A stretch of DNA of 51,421 bases from a virus. Taxonomy: Duplodnaviria; Caudoviricetes. The DNA is taken from positions 1 to 51,421 of the IMG/VR virus record IMGVR_UViG_3300019886_000007. The stretch is one strand, 5' to 3'. The notes under the pieces are model-generated. The model had not been told where the DNA came from. It saw only the letters and a program-made list of their open reading frames with translations, and did not search any database. This document shows, one piece after another, positions 26,900 to 35,688 of the stretch. Positions within the stretch are counted from its first letter, which is position 1. Every line of letters begins with the position of its first letter. The position numbers and the translations under genes were made by a program.

Positions 26900-27430
26900 A
26901 TGGCCGATGGTAGTGAATACTCTTCAGGGCAGCTAGAGAAATTCCTAGCGTTTGTGCAAGGTGCCGCAATTGCATCTATGCGCGAATTGGCCCCACACTA
27001 TAACCTGAATCCCGAAAAGTTGGACCTGAAATGGGATAATCGGTTAGGTGACGACGTTTGGAAGTATGAAATTCGTGACGGTCGCGGTACACTTATATTC
27101 GGTATGTCAGCAATTGACAAAAATTTCAAGTATACTCTGCACCACGCGCTTGACGTGCTAGGTAAGACCCCCTCACATCACGTTGTGGATTTTACCAGTA
27201 TACAGACTAACGAGTCACGTAATACTCGTATTAATGAGCGTTTTGAGTCTTTACATGAGGGCAAGAAATTACTTAAGCCGTCAGAATATGAAACCCACAC
27301 GTTTACCAGTGTTATGATGGTACACAAGAAATCCGGCCAGTCAGTAATGGTCAGCGGTGAAGGTTTAGCCGCATTCAACCTGCAAACGGAAGCGTACATG
27401 TTACTGTGTAAGAAAGTGTTGGATATCTAA
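26900..27430 (+). CDS. Hypothetical protein
   Basis: 176 aa, GGGAG RBS. Confidence 0.65.
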   Translation: MADGSEYSSGQLEKFLAFVQGAAIASMRELAPHYNLNPEKLDLKWDNRLGDDVWKYEIRDGRGTLIFGMSAIDKNFKYTLHHALDVLGKTPSHHVVDFTSIQTNESRNTRINERFESLHEGKKLLKPSEYETHTFTSVMMVHKKSGQSVMVSGEGLAAFNLQTEAYMLLCKKVLDI

Positions 27431-27431
27431 C

Positions 27432-29711
27432 ATGAGTCAAGAAGATATCGACCGCTTACGCGCGGAAGAGATGGAATTAGAAAACGCAATTAAATCGTTG
27501 CGTGAGAAGCGTAAGGCGCTTGAAGAGGAAGAGAAGCGTATAAAGGAATTGGCGCGGCCTATTGAAATTCGCGTCGTCAAATTCGAGATTGGCGAACAGG
27601 AAGTTACATTCCACACTTCCACCGTGCGCACAGATTTCGTGGACTATGCAACAAACTTGGATCATGCGCGATTTGGTGGCGCAGGATCATTTGTTGTATC
27701 GCGTGACGGATTCCTGATAATGCTAGGCGAGTATCTGGCATCCGGCCTGAATATGCAGAAGCCAGATGGTGGCGTTGTACCGATCAATGAATCAATCTAC
27801 GCGCAATTCAATCTCGTATTCAAGGATGGTACGCCAGATCGTGAAACGGTGAACATCTTTACACGTATCATTCACAATGAACGTACACCCGATTACATCG
27901 TTGACATTGATAAGAAGCAATACAGTGTTGTCCTCTACAATCACGCTCCCGCTAATCCATTCTCCGGTATCCCCGGTACACGCTGGGCAGTCGCAGCAGA
28001 TAAGACTCACGATAATGTAATCGTTCCACTATCTGAGGGGTGGAGATTATACGAGCGTTTAATGGCTGTGGCTCCCAAGTATATCACGCAATGGAGCGAC
28101 GAAGCATTAGCAACGGCCATTGCACAAGCTGAGAAGCGTAACAAACTGCTCGCGATTCTCAAATGCGAGGACTACGATATAGATGCAATGTTCATGAATG
28201 GGTACACGCTTCGCCCATTCCAGCGCGTAGGTGTTGCATACGCGGAAGCTGCCGAAGGTAGATGGATGACATGGGATGAAATGGGGCTGGGCAAAACATG
28301 GCAGGAGTTAGCATTTGTGTGGAGGCAAATTCTCAAGAGACGTGCTGAGAAAGCATTAGACGAGAAAGTAAGAAAGTATAAAGCACTATTCGTGGTCCCT
28401 GCGAATCTCATTATTAACTGGAAGCGTGAGATATTGAATCTCACAGGTATTCATGCGCATATCCTCTCCGGTCGCGCACCAAACAATGCCGATATCATGG
28501 CAATGATGAGCGGCAATCCTGAAATCTTCATCATTAACTATGATGCATTAGCTACACGCAAGGTTATTGAACCGTATATCACGAAGCATACAGATGGACG
28601 TGATGTACTACACAAGGAAGAGGAAGTATGGCCATGGGTGGACCTGTTTAATCAAATGGGCTTCTCATTCATTGGATTTGACGAGGGCCATTACCTCAAG
28701 AATAGTGAATCTCTCCGCTCGCAAGCTGGCCGGATGCTCAAGAATTCATTACACGCATCCATCGCCACAGGTACACCCGTTGTAAATCGTGTAGATGAGT
28801 TGTGGCCCCTCTTGAATATCATTGATCCAGACACGTTCCCATATGAGCAGACATTCACCACACAGTATGGTGATGGCAAGTATGCACGTAACGTGGATCA
28901 ATTGCGTGAGGTGCTCAAATTCATTGCCATAAGGAGATTAAAGAAGGACGTTGTTAAAGATCTGCCGCCTATCAATGAGATTGTGAAGTATTTTGAATTG
29001 CCACCCAAGGCGCGTAAGTTGTACGACAAAGTGCTCGCGGGTGTATACACAATCATGGCGGATTGGGACCCGTCACAAGCTGGTAGTCAGATGAAGATTA
29101 CCAGTATGCTTGCGCAGATTATGAGGCTTAAACAGATTGCATCTATCGCCAAGATTGATTTCGTTGCTGATCTTGCGGTGGAGCAATATGATTCTGCACC
29201 TGAGGATGAAGTTAATAACAAGGTTATCATCTTTACACAGTTTGTACCTGTTGCCAATGCCATTGCGCGTAGATTAGGTGCGGAGGCATTATGTCTAACT
29301 GGACAAGTAGAAGCTGGCACCGCTCGTACACAGATTGAGGATCAATTCCAGAATGATCCCAACATTCACTTCCTCGTATGCACGAAAGGTGTAGCACAGG
29401 AGGGATTAAATCTCACGCGGGCAGGATACGTAATCAAAGCTGATCTATTCTGGACACCGAAGGACCACGACCAGTGTATCGGTCGCGCATATGGACGGTT
29501 AAGTAATCTACATGGTGCCAACGTCACGTATTGCGTAGCTGATGACACAATTGAGGAATGGATTCAGGAGATTATCCATACCAAGCGTGCATTGATTGGT
29601 CAGGTTGTAGATGGACGTGTAGTAACTGGCGACGAGTCTGTTGCTGGCGAATTGCTCGCACGTATGAAGGAAGCGATGGGCGAAGCTAGACGTAACTTGA
29701 AGAAGGAGTAG
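27432..29711 (+). CDS. SNF2-family (SMARCAL1/HARP-like) helicase/translocase
   Basis: LRPFQ, DEMGLGKT, DEGH, TGTPVVN, RRLKKDV, EGLNLT and QCIGRAY motifs. Confidence 0.92.
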   Translation: MSQEDIDRLRAEEMELENAIKSLREKRKALEEEEKRIKELARPIEIRVVKFEIGEQEVTFHTSTVRTDFVDYATNLDHARFGGAGSFVVSRDGFLIMLGEYLASGLNMQKPDGGVVPINESIYAQFNLVFKDGTPDRETVNIFTRIIHNERTPDYIVDIDKKQYSVVLYNHAPANPFSGIPGTRWAVAADKTHDNVIVPLSEGWRLYERLMAVAPKYITQWSDEALATAIAQAEKRNKLLAILKCEDYDIDAMFMNGYTLRPFQRVGVAYAEAAEGRWMTWDEMGLGKTWQELAFVWRQILKRRAEKALDEKVRKYKALFVVPANLIINWKREILNLTGIHAHILSGRAPNNADIMAMMSGNPEIFIINYDALATRKVIEPYITKHTDGRDVLHKEEEVWPWVDLFNQMGFSFIGFDEGHYLKNSESLRSQAGRMLKNSLHASIATGTPVVNRVDELWPLLNIIDPDTFPYEQTFTTQYGDGKYARNVDQLREVLKFIAIRRLKKDVVKDLPPINEIVKYFELPPKARKLYDKVLAGVYTIMADWDPSQAGSQMKITSMLAQIMRLKQIASIAKIDFVADLAVEQYDSAPEDEVNNKVIIFTQFVPVANAIARRLGAEALCLTGQVEAGTARTQIEDQFQNDPNIHFLVCTKGVAQEGLNLTRAGYVIKADLFWTPKDHDQCIGRAYGRLSNLHGANVTYCVADDTIEEWIQEIIHTKRALIGQVVDGRVVTGDESVAGELLARMKEAMGEARRNLKKE

Positions 29712-29713
29712 AT

Positions 29714-29854
29714 ATGACAAACGTTGTGTACTTCTCACGCAGAGATAAGAAGTGGTCACCATTTCGTTGGCGCTGGACATTCTGGAAGTGGACGTGTGTG
29801 GATGAAATGGAATCCACAGCAAAGCTTCCAGAGAATATCTATCAGGGGGCCTAG
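29714..29854 (+). CDS. Small Trp-rich peptide (46 aa)
   Basis: AAGGAG RBS, MTNVVYFSRRDKKWSPFRWRWTFWKW... Confidence 0.45.
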   Translation: MTNVVYFSRRDKKWSPFRWRWTFWKWTCVDEMESTAKLPENIYQGA

Positions 29855-29857
29855 CAC

Positions 29858-30043
29858 ATGATTACACTCCGACAGATGCTAGACGCAATGGCGATTCCAT
29901 ATGTGGATGATGGGTCGCCAGAGTTAGATTACGAGTTACGTATCACTGATCCTGATTTGGAAGGTGATGATGAAATCAAAGGTATGGTAAACGATCACGA
30001 AGAGAAGCGTATTGTCCTATCTACGGAGGTAATAGGATCATGA
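29858..30043 (+). CDS. Small acidic hypothetical protein
   Basis: 61 aa in the early operon. Confidence 0.55.
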   Translation: MITLRQMLDAMAIPYVDDGSPELDYELRITDPDLEGDDEIKGMVNDHEEKRIVLSTEVIGS

Positions 30044-30228
30044 TGGACCTACTCCCGTTGTACATGTTCTATCTCGTGAAGATGTTATGGTATGACGAGA
30101 TGGATAAGCAATTCGATACTGTATATGTGGCCCCGCAAGGCGAAACGTGTATAGATTTAAGCACGGGTTGCCATACACAATACGAAATTGCACACTGGTA
30201 TGATGCGACTGGAGGCGTAGCACCATGA
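30040..30228 (+). CDS. Hypothetical protein
   Basis: 62 aa, ATGA overlaps. Confidence 0.5.
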   Translation: MMDLLPLYMFYLVKMLWYDEMDKQFDTVYVAPQGETCIDLSTGCHTQYEIAHWYDATGGVAP

Positions 30229-30398
30229 ATCCATTTGTGAATTCACAGTGGCGTAAGCTCACAGAGGTACTTGGCGTTATTCCTATAGAATTCAAGATTA
30301 TTGCTATACAAATGGCAAAAGATGCTGTACGTGCAGGTGAACAAGCAATGGTTGAGTTCCGTACAAATGAGGATGCATTAACAAGAATCAAGAGATGA
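30225..30398 (+). CDS. Hypothetical protein (57 aa)
   Basis: GGAGG RBS, ATGA overlap. Confidence 0.5.
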   Translation: MNPFVNSQWRKLTEVLGVIPIEFKIIAIQMAKDAVRAGEQAMVEFRTNEDALTRIKR

Positions 30399-30534
30399 CC
30401 ATTCAACCACGCCACCTTACATGGTGGGAGCGCATTGTTATAGCTATCGGCGTATTCGTGTACGCAGGTTACGTGCTTGGAATCATTGGTGGTAGATACA
30501 CACCATAACATCGCTAATAGATTTGTGGGTACAC

Positions 30535-30549
30535 GCAAGAATCGTGCCA
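30535..30549 (-). promoter_or_regulatory. sigma54-type -24/-12 box, perfect consensus, antisense
   Basis: Minus strand reads TGGCACG-ATTC-TTGC. Confidence 0.6.
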
Positions 30550-30551
30550 GC

Positions 30552-30580
30552 TTGACTTTTTTACAACACTTTATTACATT
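30552..30580 (+). promoter_or_regulatory. sigma70-type promoter
   Basis: TTGACT-N17-TACATT. Confidence 0.7.
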
Positions 30581-30621
30581 GGTAGTGACGGGCAACATAT
30601 ACACTAAACGGGAGATATACA

Positions 30622-30798
30622 ATGTTCGACGCAACTGTGGCCGAAGCTGCGCATTGGTCCAGTATTATGAAGCAGTCTCTGCGTGGTGTATACGTGAAAG
30701 AGAGTACCGATATTCCTCCTGCTATTATTGAAGAGGCGGAAGTGTTGGAGAATCAGACCGTGATTGATGCCGGTGATCGTGTGTTGTTCTACAAGTAG
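30622..30798 (+). CDS. Hypothetical protein (58 aa)
   Basis: GGGAGA RBS and ATG downstream of the promoter. Confidence 0.55.
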   Translation: MFDATVAEAAHWSSIMKQSLRGVYVKESTDIPPAIIEEAEVLENQTVIDAGDRVLFYK

Positions 30799-30808
30799 AA
30801 AGATAGGA

Positions 30809-30881
30809 GGACACATAACTCAACTGGTAGAGTAGCGGACTTTTAATCCGCAAGTTGTGGGTTCAAATCCCACTGTGTCCA
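30809..30881 (+). tRNA. tRNA-Lys(UUU)
   Basis: Acceptor GGACACA/TGTGTCC, anticodon arm GCGGA-CTTTTAA-TCCGC, T arm GTGGG-TTCAAAT-CCCAC, no encoded CCA. Confidence 0.93.
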
Positions 30882-30883
30882 TT

Positions 30884-31015
30884 ATGAAAACATATGAGAT
30901 GGTAATAGCATTCAGGTTTAACTGGCTACCATTCCTTATTGGAATAGTAATAGGGTATGTAGCGAGAGCATTGTGGGTTAGTTATGTAATACATAATGGG
31001 TACGGGAGATGGTAG
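30884..31015 (+). CDS. Small membrane peptide (43 aa)
   Basis: Hydrophobic WLPFLIGIVIGYVARALWV. Confidence 0.45.
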   Translation: MKTYEMVIAFRFNWLPFLIGIVIGYVARALWVSYVIHNGYGRW

Positions 31016-31016
31016 A

Positions 31017-31283
31017 ATGATGTATAGCTTTAGTTGCACATGTGGTGAAGATCAAGAAATAGATATCACCGTTACATACGGTGGTTCTTCTGGTTCGTTT
31101 GGCCTCCCCGAAACAAGTTATCCACCCGAAGGTGCCGAGTGGCACGTAGATAAAGATATCATATGTGAAGGGTGTGGGAGGAAATGGGATAATACTAGTA
31201 TGAGTGAGAAGTTTGAGGATGATATACAACAGCAGATTGCTGAAGCACATTATGATCGTGGAGAAGAGGACTACGAGGGATAG
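31017..31283 (+). CDS. Acidic Zn-ribbon-like protein
   Basis: CTCG...CEGCG motifs, GGGAG RBS. Confidence 0.55.
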   Translation: MMYSFSCTCGEDQEIDITVTYGGSSGSFGLPETSYPPEGAEWHVDKDIICEGCGRKWDNTSMSEKFEDDIQQQIAEAHYDRGEEDYEG

Positions 31284-31286
31284 CGT

Positions 31287-31508
31287 CCGTGTAAGCCTCC
31301 ATATAGTCCACAGTAAGACTAGGGGAGGTTGCTCTATATGTTCAAGTCTCTTCGTAATCGCAAGGGTTTCATGGAACCAGTAACGTGGGCAGTTCTTGGT
31401 ATCGCGTACATGACAGCAGCGTTTTGGCTTATTGTTCTCAAGATGAGTCAAGATGCTGGTGGTACTGTAGAGAAGTGGTTCTAACGTAATCTCCAGAGGC
31501 TTACACGG
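31287..31508. repeat. 13-bp inverted repeat pair flanking a small ORF
   Basis: CCGTGTAAGCCTC (31287-31299) and GAGGCTTACACGG (31496-31508). Confidence 0.8.
31338..31484 (+). CDS. Prepilin-like membrane peptide (48 aa, not in ORF track)
   Basis: GGGGAGG RBS, MFKSLRNRKG|FMEPVTWAVLGIAYMTAAFWLIVLK... Confidence 0.55.
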   Translation: MFKSLRNRKGFMEPVTWAVLGIAYMTAAFWLIVLKMSQDAGGTVEKWF

Positions 31509-31541
31509 GCCTTACACGTAGGTTACACAGTTGAGGGTCAT

Positions 31542-31868
31542 ATGATTCATCTGGTGATAGACAATTTAGGTAGGCGTAAAGAATACGCAGAAGGTGATGC
31601 GTTATGGTTATTGGCCCGCTCCACAATTGTTGCGTGTGCAGTCCCGCATTACGATGATTCGCATACTGGTGCATTCATAGACAAATGTGAAGCTACAGTC
31701 TATCATCCCGGTACACGTAATAACCACATCATATCTATGGAAGATGTAGACTCACGTCTCAAAGAGCGTCCTGTTGTAGACACCGCAATCATGTGTCAAC
31801 GTTGCAAACAATCTATCGAATCATGTACGTGTCCACCACGCGGTATACCAGCTAGAGGGGATGCGTAA
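31542..31868 (+). CDS. Hypothetical protein with C-terminal Cys cluster
   Basis: 108 aa, CQRC...CTC. Confidence 0.55.
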   Translation: MIHLVIDNLGRRKEYAEGDALWLLARSTIVACAVPHYDDSHTGAFIDKCEATVYHPGTRNNHIISMEDVDSRLKERPVVDTAIMCQRCKQSIESCTCPPRGIPARGDA

Positions 31869-32065
31869 TGGCTAAGGTACCTGTACGTACAGCACAGCGT
31901 GTAGCTTTAGAAACAGGTAACGATCTTGTAATTATTATTGCGTGGAATCCTGATGGCAACATGACGGAAATTGCTACATATGGTGCAACTAAAAGTCTAT
32001 GTAAGTATGCAGCAGATCGTGGTAGAAGCATCGCAAAGTTTCTAGGACTAACAATAGATGACTGA
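31868..32065 (+). CDS. Hypothetical protein
   Basis: 65 aa, TAATG coupling. Confidence 0.55.
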   Translation: MAKVPVRTAQRVALETGNDLVIIIAWNPDGNMTEIATYGATKSLCKYAADRGRSIAKFLGLTIDD

Positions 32066-32414
32066 TCTATCAGCAGATACGATAGCATTCTTAAAGCAGA
32101 GTGGCGAGAAGGCCGCCACCTATGGTCATATAATTATGGCGGCCCAAATACATGAAGCGATATCTACATTACACCAAGTATGTAATCAACTACCAAAAGG
32201 GGAGGATAACTATGAATCTCGTGTAATGTTTCTCAACGGCGCTATCAAGATTCTAGAGAAAGAATTACAACGCAACCTAGATAGCGCAATCACTCACTGG
32301 ATTCTAGTACGGAGGCAATATGGCGCGAAAGAAACTACGGTGGCAGCAGACAGCAAAGGGTCGCAAGAAAATGAGCGAGATAGCGACTCTCCGACACGCA
32401 CAGAAGAAGGCTGA
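32058..32414 (+). CDS. Hypothetical protein
   Basis: 118 aa, helical. Confidence 0.5.
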   Translation: MTDLSADTIAFLKQSGEKAATYGHIIMAAQIHEAISTLHQVCNQLPKGEDNYESRVMFLNGAIKILEKELQRNLDSAITHWILVRRQYGAKETTVAADSKGSQENERDSDSPTRTEEG

Positions 32415-32619
32415 GAAAGAAGCACAACGTACATTCGATACGGGAGATGATAAAGAACATGGCCCGCTCAAACTTGGCACGAAAGAAGAAGCATTCGTCA
32501 CGTTCGCATGTGGATACATCTACTCCACAGTCGAAACATTCGCAACACGCTTTGGAATTCCTTTCGACACTCTTACCAAAAGAGTGGGAAGCTTTCTTTC
32601 AAACGCGCAGCGCAGGTAA
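32320..32619 (+). CDS. Basic hypothetical protein
   Basis: GGAGG RBS, 99 aa. Confidence 0.55.
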   Translation: MARKKLRWQQTAKGRKKMSEIATLRHAQKKAEKEAQRTFDTGDDKEHGPLKLGTKEEAFVTFACGYIYSTVETFATRFGIPFDTLTKRVGSFLSNAQRR

Positions 32620-32623
32620 ACGC

Positions 32624-32749
32624 ATGGGTTTGCGTATCATCTGCCCGCTGTGTGAAGGTACAGCACCAGACCATCTGAATTATTATCAACGGTGGCGTTG
32701 GATGAGTGTACACATTGCACAGCATAAACCTATGCGAGGACTCAAGTAA
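32624..32749 (+). CDS. Small C2H2-like zinc-finger peptide (41 aa)
   Basis: CPLC...HIAQH. Confidence 0.45.
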   Translation: MGLRIICPLCEGTAPDHLNYYQRWRWMSVHIAQHKPMRGLK

Positions 32750-33015
32750 TGAGAATTACTCAAGTGCCAGAGCAGGGTGATCTTGTACTCTTGAGGGATG
32801 GATTGAAGGGATCAATCCTACTCAGTAATGACGATGGTGGATACAAAGTTCCTAGTTTTGATGTGGAATCAGATACAGATTTCTGGCTGGTAGATTTGAG
32901 TGTACCGGGATTCACTTCACGATATGCGGTATTCGTGTGGTGGAATGGTAATTCGTGGACCGAATCCATCTCTGAAGCTGAGTTAAAGATACAGGTTGAG
33001 GCTGAGAGGAAATAA
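32749..33015 (+). CDS. Hypothetical protein
   Basis: 88 aa, GAGGA RBS. Confidence 0.55.
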   Translation: MRITQVPEQGDLVLLRDGLKGSILLSNDDGGYKVPSFDVESDTDFWLVDLSVPGFTSRYAVFVWWNGNSWTESISEAELKIQVEAERK

Positions 33016-33018
33016 TGT

Positions 33019-33189
33019 ATGTACCGCAAAATCATAGTATCCGACGAGGATATAGCTCTAGCTAAGAAGATTATTAAGGAAGTAGTTTGGGAAGATGAAA
33101 AGAAACCATCACTCAACTTACTTCTAGCCGAAGCAGTACATGATGGACTTATGTCGATAAGAAACAACGTTGCTGAGGAACTATCGTAA
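33019..33189 (+). CDS. Small protein, possible ribbon-helix-helix (56 aa)
   Basis: YRKIIVSDEDIALAKKII...SLNLLLAEAV. Confidence 0.4.
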   Translation: MYRKIIVSDEDIALAKKIIKEVVWEDEKKPSLNLLLAEAVHDGLMSIRNNVAEELS

Positions 33190-33215
33190 TATCCTTACGC
33201 AAACTAGAGGTAAGT

Positions 33216-33605
33216 ATGAATCATGATTCAGATATCACACCTATATCAGAACATCAAGCATCAAAGAAAGTGGAACGACCAGCTGAATCAGCACGCTTTA
33301 TGCTCAAGTGTCGTGATTACGAGGATGAAGTATTTACTTCGGATGCATACGCTCTTGCTATTCCCGAAGCGACAGCAGATGCTATCAGCAGATATGCGTA
33401 TGACCACTATCCGGTCGGCTCATTTCTGGAGGCGGTCATTACAAATGATCTGCGTACAGCAATATGTTCTGCCGACCCCTATAATATGTATGCTCTGCCC
33501 GCAATCATTAAACTCATTTATAATACCGTGCCTGCAACTGCACGTGGGGATCAAAAGAAGTACGATAATTGGACACGCGGTACTCCATTGAATGGTAACT
33601 GGTGA
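33216..33605 (+). CDS. Conserved phage hypothetical protein
   Basis: PVGSFLEAVITNDL..A...AD..N motif, which I recognise from many phages. Confidence 0.6.
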   Translation: MNHDSDITPISEHQASKKVERPAESARFMLKCRDYEDEVFTSDAYALAIPEATADAISRYAYDHYPVGSFLEAVITNDLRTAICSADPYNMYALPAIIKLIYNTVPATARGDQKKYDNWTRGTPLNGNW

Positions 33606-33790
33606 GAAGGTTCTATCGTCGTCAAAGGCGACGCCATATACCGCCATTTGATCGTACACCGAGACAGATAGCAATAGATTATAACCGTTATATGAAACAG
33701 AAGTGTGTATTCGATATGACGTGGAAGCAACTAGTAAAGGAATCGTATAAGATAGTGCGACGTGATCCTATAAGAGTGCCTAGACATTAA
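33602..33790 (+). CDS. Arg-rich small protein
   Basis: 62 aa, GTGA overlap. Confidence 0.4.
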   Translation: MRRFYRRQRRRHIPPFDRTPRQIAIDYNRYMKQKCVFDMTWKQLVKESYKIVRRDPIRVPRH

Positions 33791-33808
33791 ACGACTTTTG
33801 TAAAAGAC

Positions 33809-33837
33809 TTGACAAAGTGGGCCAATAGTGTTACCTT
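33809..33837 (+). promoter_or_regulatory. sigma70-type promoter with extended -10
   Basis: TTGACA-N17-TACCTT with TG upstream of the -10. Confidence 0.75.
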
Positions 33838-33880
33838 AGTCCTATAACCGCAGCAAACGCACACAATGGGAGATAAACAA

Positions 33881-34342
33881 ATGTCCGACATTAAACGGCT
33901 AGACGATGTTATCAATCTAGCTACATGGCCGACACCAGAATTGAAAGCTAAAGTTTTACAGGTTGTTGATTCGTTTGACGACGATCTTGATAAAATCGGC
34001 TTCGATACATCCACCGTGACAGATGATTTATTCGACGAGATTGATGCCTTAGTAGAAGGTATCGAGGCTCCTGCCGTTGTGGAAGATGACGATGACGATG
34101 ATGATGACGATGATGAAGTTGTAGAAGAGCCTGTAATTGCAGAAGCAGAAGATGATGACGACGAGAATGGTGATGATGATGAGGACGAGGATGAAATCGT
34201 TCTTGAATTAGAGAAGGATGACGAGGATGAGGACGATGAGGATGATGATGAAGATGAACTAGAGGAAGTGGTAGATGACGACGATGATGAGGATGAGGAG
34301 GAGGCGCCTACCCCGCCTGTTGTGCCACCTGTTGTACCATAG
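33881..34342 (+). CDS. Extremely acidic protein, possible DNA mimic
   Basis: GGGAGA RBS before ATG 33881, long poly-Asp/Glu tracts, Pro-rich tail. Confidence 0.7.
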   Translation: MSDIKRLDDVINLATWPTPELKAKVLQVVDSFDDDLDKIGFDTSTVTDDLFDEIDALVEGIEAPAVVEDDDDDDDDDDEVVEEPVIAEAEDDDDENGDDDEDEDEIVLELEKDDEDEDDEDDDEDELEEVVDDDDDEDEEEAPTPPVVPPVVP

Positions 34343-34351
34343 AGAGATTAT

Positions 34352-34780
34352 ATGTCCAGCGGGTCTGTAATTGACGACAAGATGTATCCGTGTATTAACG
34401 TCCGTGTGGAATCTCCTGACGGCACGATGTTCGTGACGATTATGGAGAATGGTGAAATGCCGTTCAAGGTTCTAGTACATATTGGTAAGTCTGGTTCTTC
34501 ACTCGCAGCTTGGGCTAATTGTGCAGCCGAGTTTGTTGGTGAAGCTATTCCACGTTTAGGACTCAACACAGTAATCGGCAAGCTTCTAGGTATCTCGTCT
34601 GATAAAATTTCATACACGCCAGATTCAGAGGGCGGAGTTGTCACTGTAAAGAGTGGCCCCGAAGCGATTGCCTATGCACTTATCAAGTATAGATTATTTA
34701 AACATCGCGAGTTGTTACTCAGCTTGGGTGTAGAGGATGGCGACGATGAAGATAGCTACAGAGGTCCATCAGCGGCTTAG
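34352..34780 (+). CDS. Standalone TSCPD-like domain (class II ribonucleotide reductase C-terminal region)
   Basis: GTMFVTI...PFKVLVHIGKSGS...KLLGI...KSGPEAIAYAL matches the NrdJ C-terminal pattern. Confidence 0.7.
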   Translation: MSSGSVIDDKMYPCINVRVESPDGTMFVTIMENGEMPFKVLVHIGKSGSSLAAWANCAAEFVGEAIPRLGLNTVIGKLLGISSDKISYTPDSEGGVVTVKSGPEAIAYALIKYRLFKHRELLLSLGVEDGDDEDSYRGPSAA

Positions 34781-34934
34781 CGATAGTTTAATTATCATTC
34801 GTGATGAAGAAGGTGATACACCTGATTTACCGATTGGTAGTATTTCTTTACCTCAAGATGAAGAGATGGTGGAGCTATGGCGGAAGGGACTGGAAGCGAT
34901 CAACCAACTGTTGAATCCGACGGCGAAGGTTTAA
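34737..34934 (+). CDS. Hypothetical protein
   Basis: 65 aa, overlapping neighbours. Confidence 0.4.
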   Translation: MATMKIATEVHQRLSDSLIIIRDEEGDTPDLPIGSISLPQDEEMVELWRKGLEAINQLLNPTAKV

Positions 34935-35221
34935 ATGACCAATCCCGTCAAAACATTAATAACTTGGTCGCCAAGGTGGACGCCGTTATGGCTTCACCAG
35001 CTTCACGCGCATTGAAAGTATGGAATGCGTTAAACAAAACTGATCTTACAATTTGGGATTTGATGTGTTTCACAGTAGAAGCACAGGGTTTTATGGCAAC
35101 GATGTTTCCACCATTTGGCCCGTTAATTAAAAATCTGAATCTGTCTGTGTATTCTACACATTATTTCCAGGCAGATCAAATTGCACAGTGGGAACAACCG
35201 TTACCTGAGAAGCTACCGTAA
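34877..35221 (+). CDS. Hypothetical protein
   Basis: 114 aa, GGAG RBS. Confidence 0.55.
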   Translation: MAEGTGSDQPTVESDGEGLNDQSRQNINNLVAKVDAVMASPASRALKVWNALNKTDLTIWDLMCFTVEAQGFMATMFPPFGPLIKNLNLSVYSTHYFQADQIAQWEQPLPEKLP

Positions 35222-35688
35222 TGGCCTATAGCAGATCGGTAAACGCAATCGTTAAAGTGCGCAGCTACCTTGATGAATTGGTAGATGCCAAAGTTAATAT
35301 GGAATGGCGTGCCTCCGATCCTAACAAGTTTGCATATCAACTACGTGAAGGTATAGCAGTAGCAATGATCTATAAAGAACAGTATCCAACATACGCAAAC
35401 CTACGTGATAAATTCTCCATCAAGATTCTCAAAGATCGTGTCGTAGCACAACTAAAAGATACCTTGGATATCCAGCCTGTGGCCCACGGCAGAATTACGC
35501 TGACAGGTGTGTCGTCTGTATTAGATATAGTAGCCTCCGCAGTACAACACAAAGCACCCACAATGCATTTCCCTAACGCATCCACGGCTGACGCTGATGT
35601 AGTGAAGCTACGCAAGTGGTGTGAGATTAGCGATTACGTATGTGAGGTTGACCAGTCAGGTAACGGTGTCTACCTAACGAAGAAATAA
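35221..35688 (+). CDS. Hypothetical protein
   Basis: 155 aa, TAATG coupling. Confidence 0.6.
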   Translation: MAYSRSVNAIVKVRSYLDELVDAKVNMEWRASDPNKFAYQLREGIAVAMIYKEQYPTYANLRDKFSIKILKDRVVAQLKDTLDIQPVAHGRITLTGVSSVLDIVASAVQHKAPTMHFPNASTADADVVKLRKWCEISDYVCEVDQSGNGVYLTKK

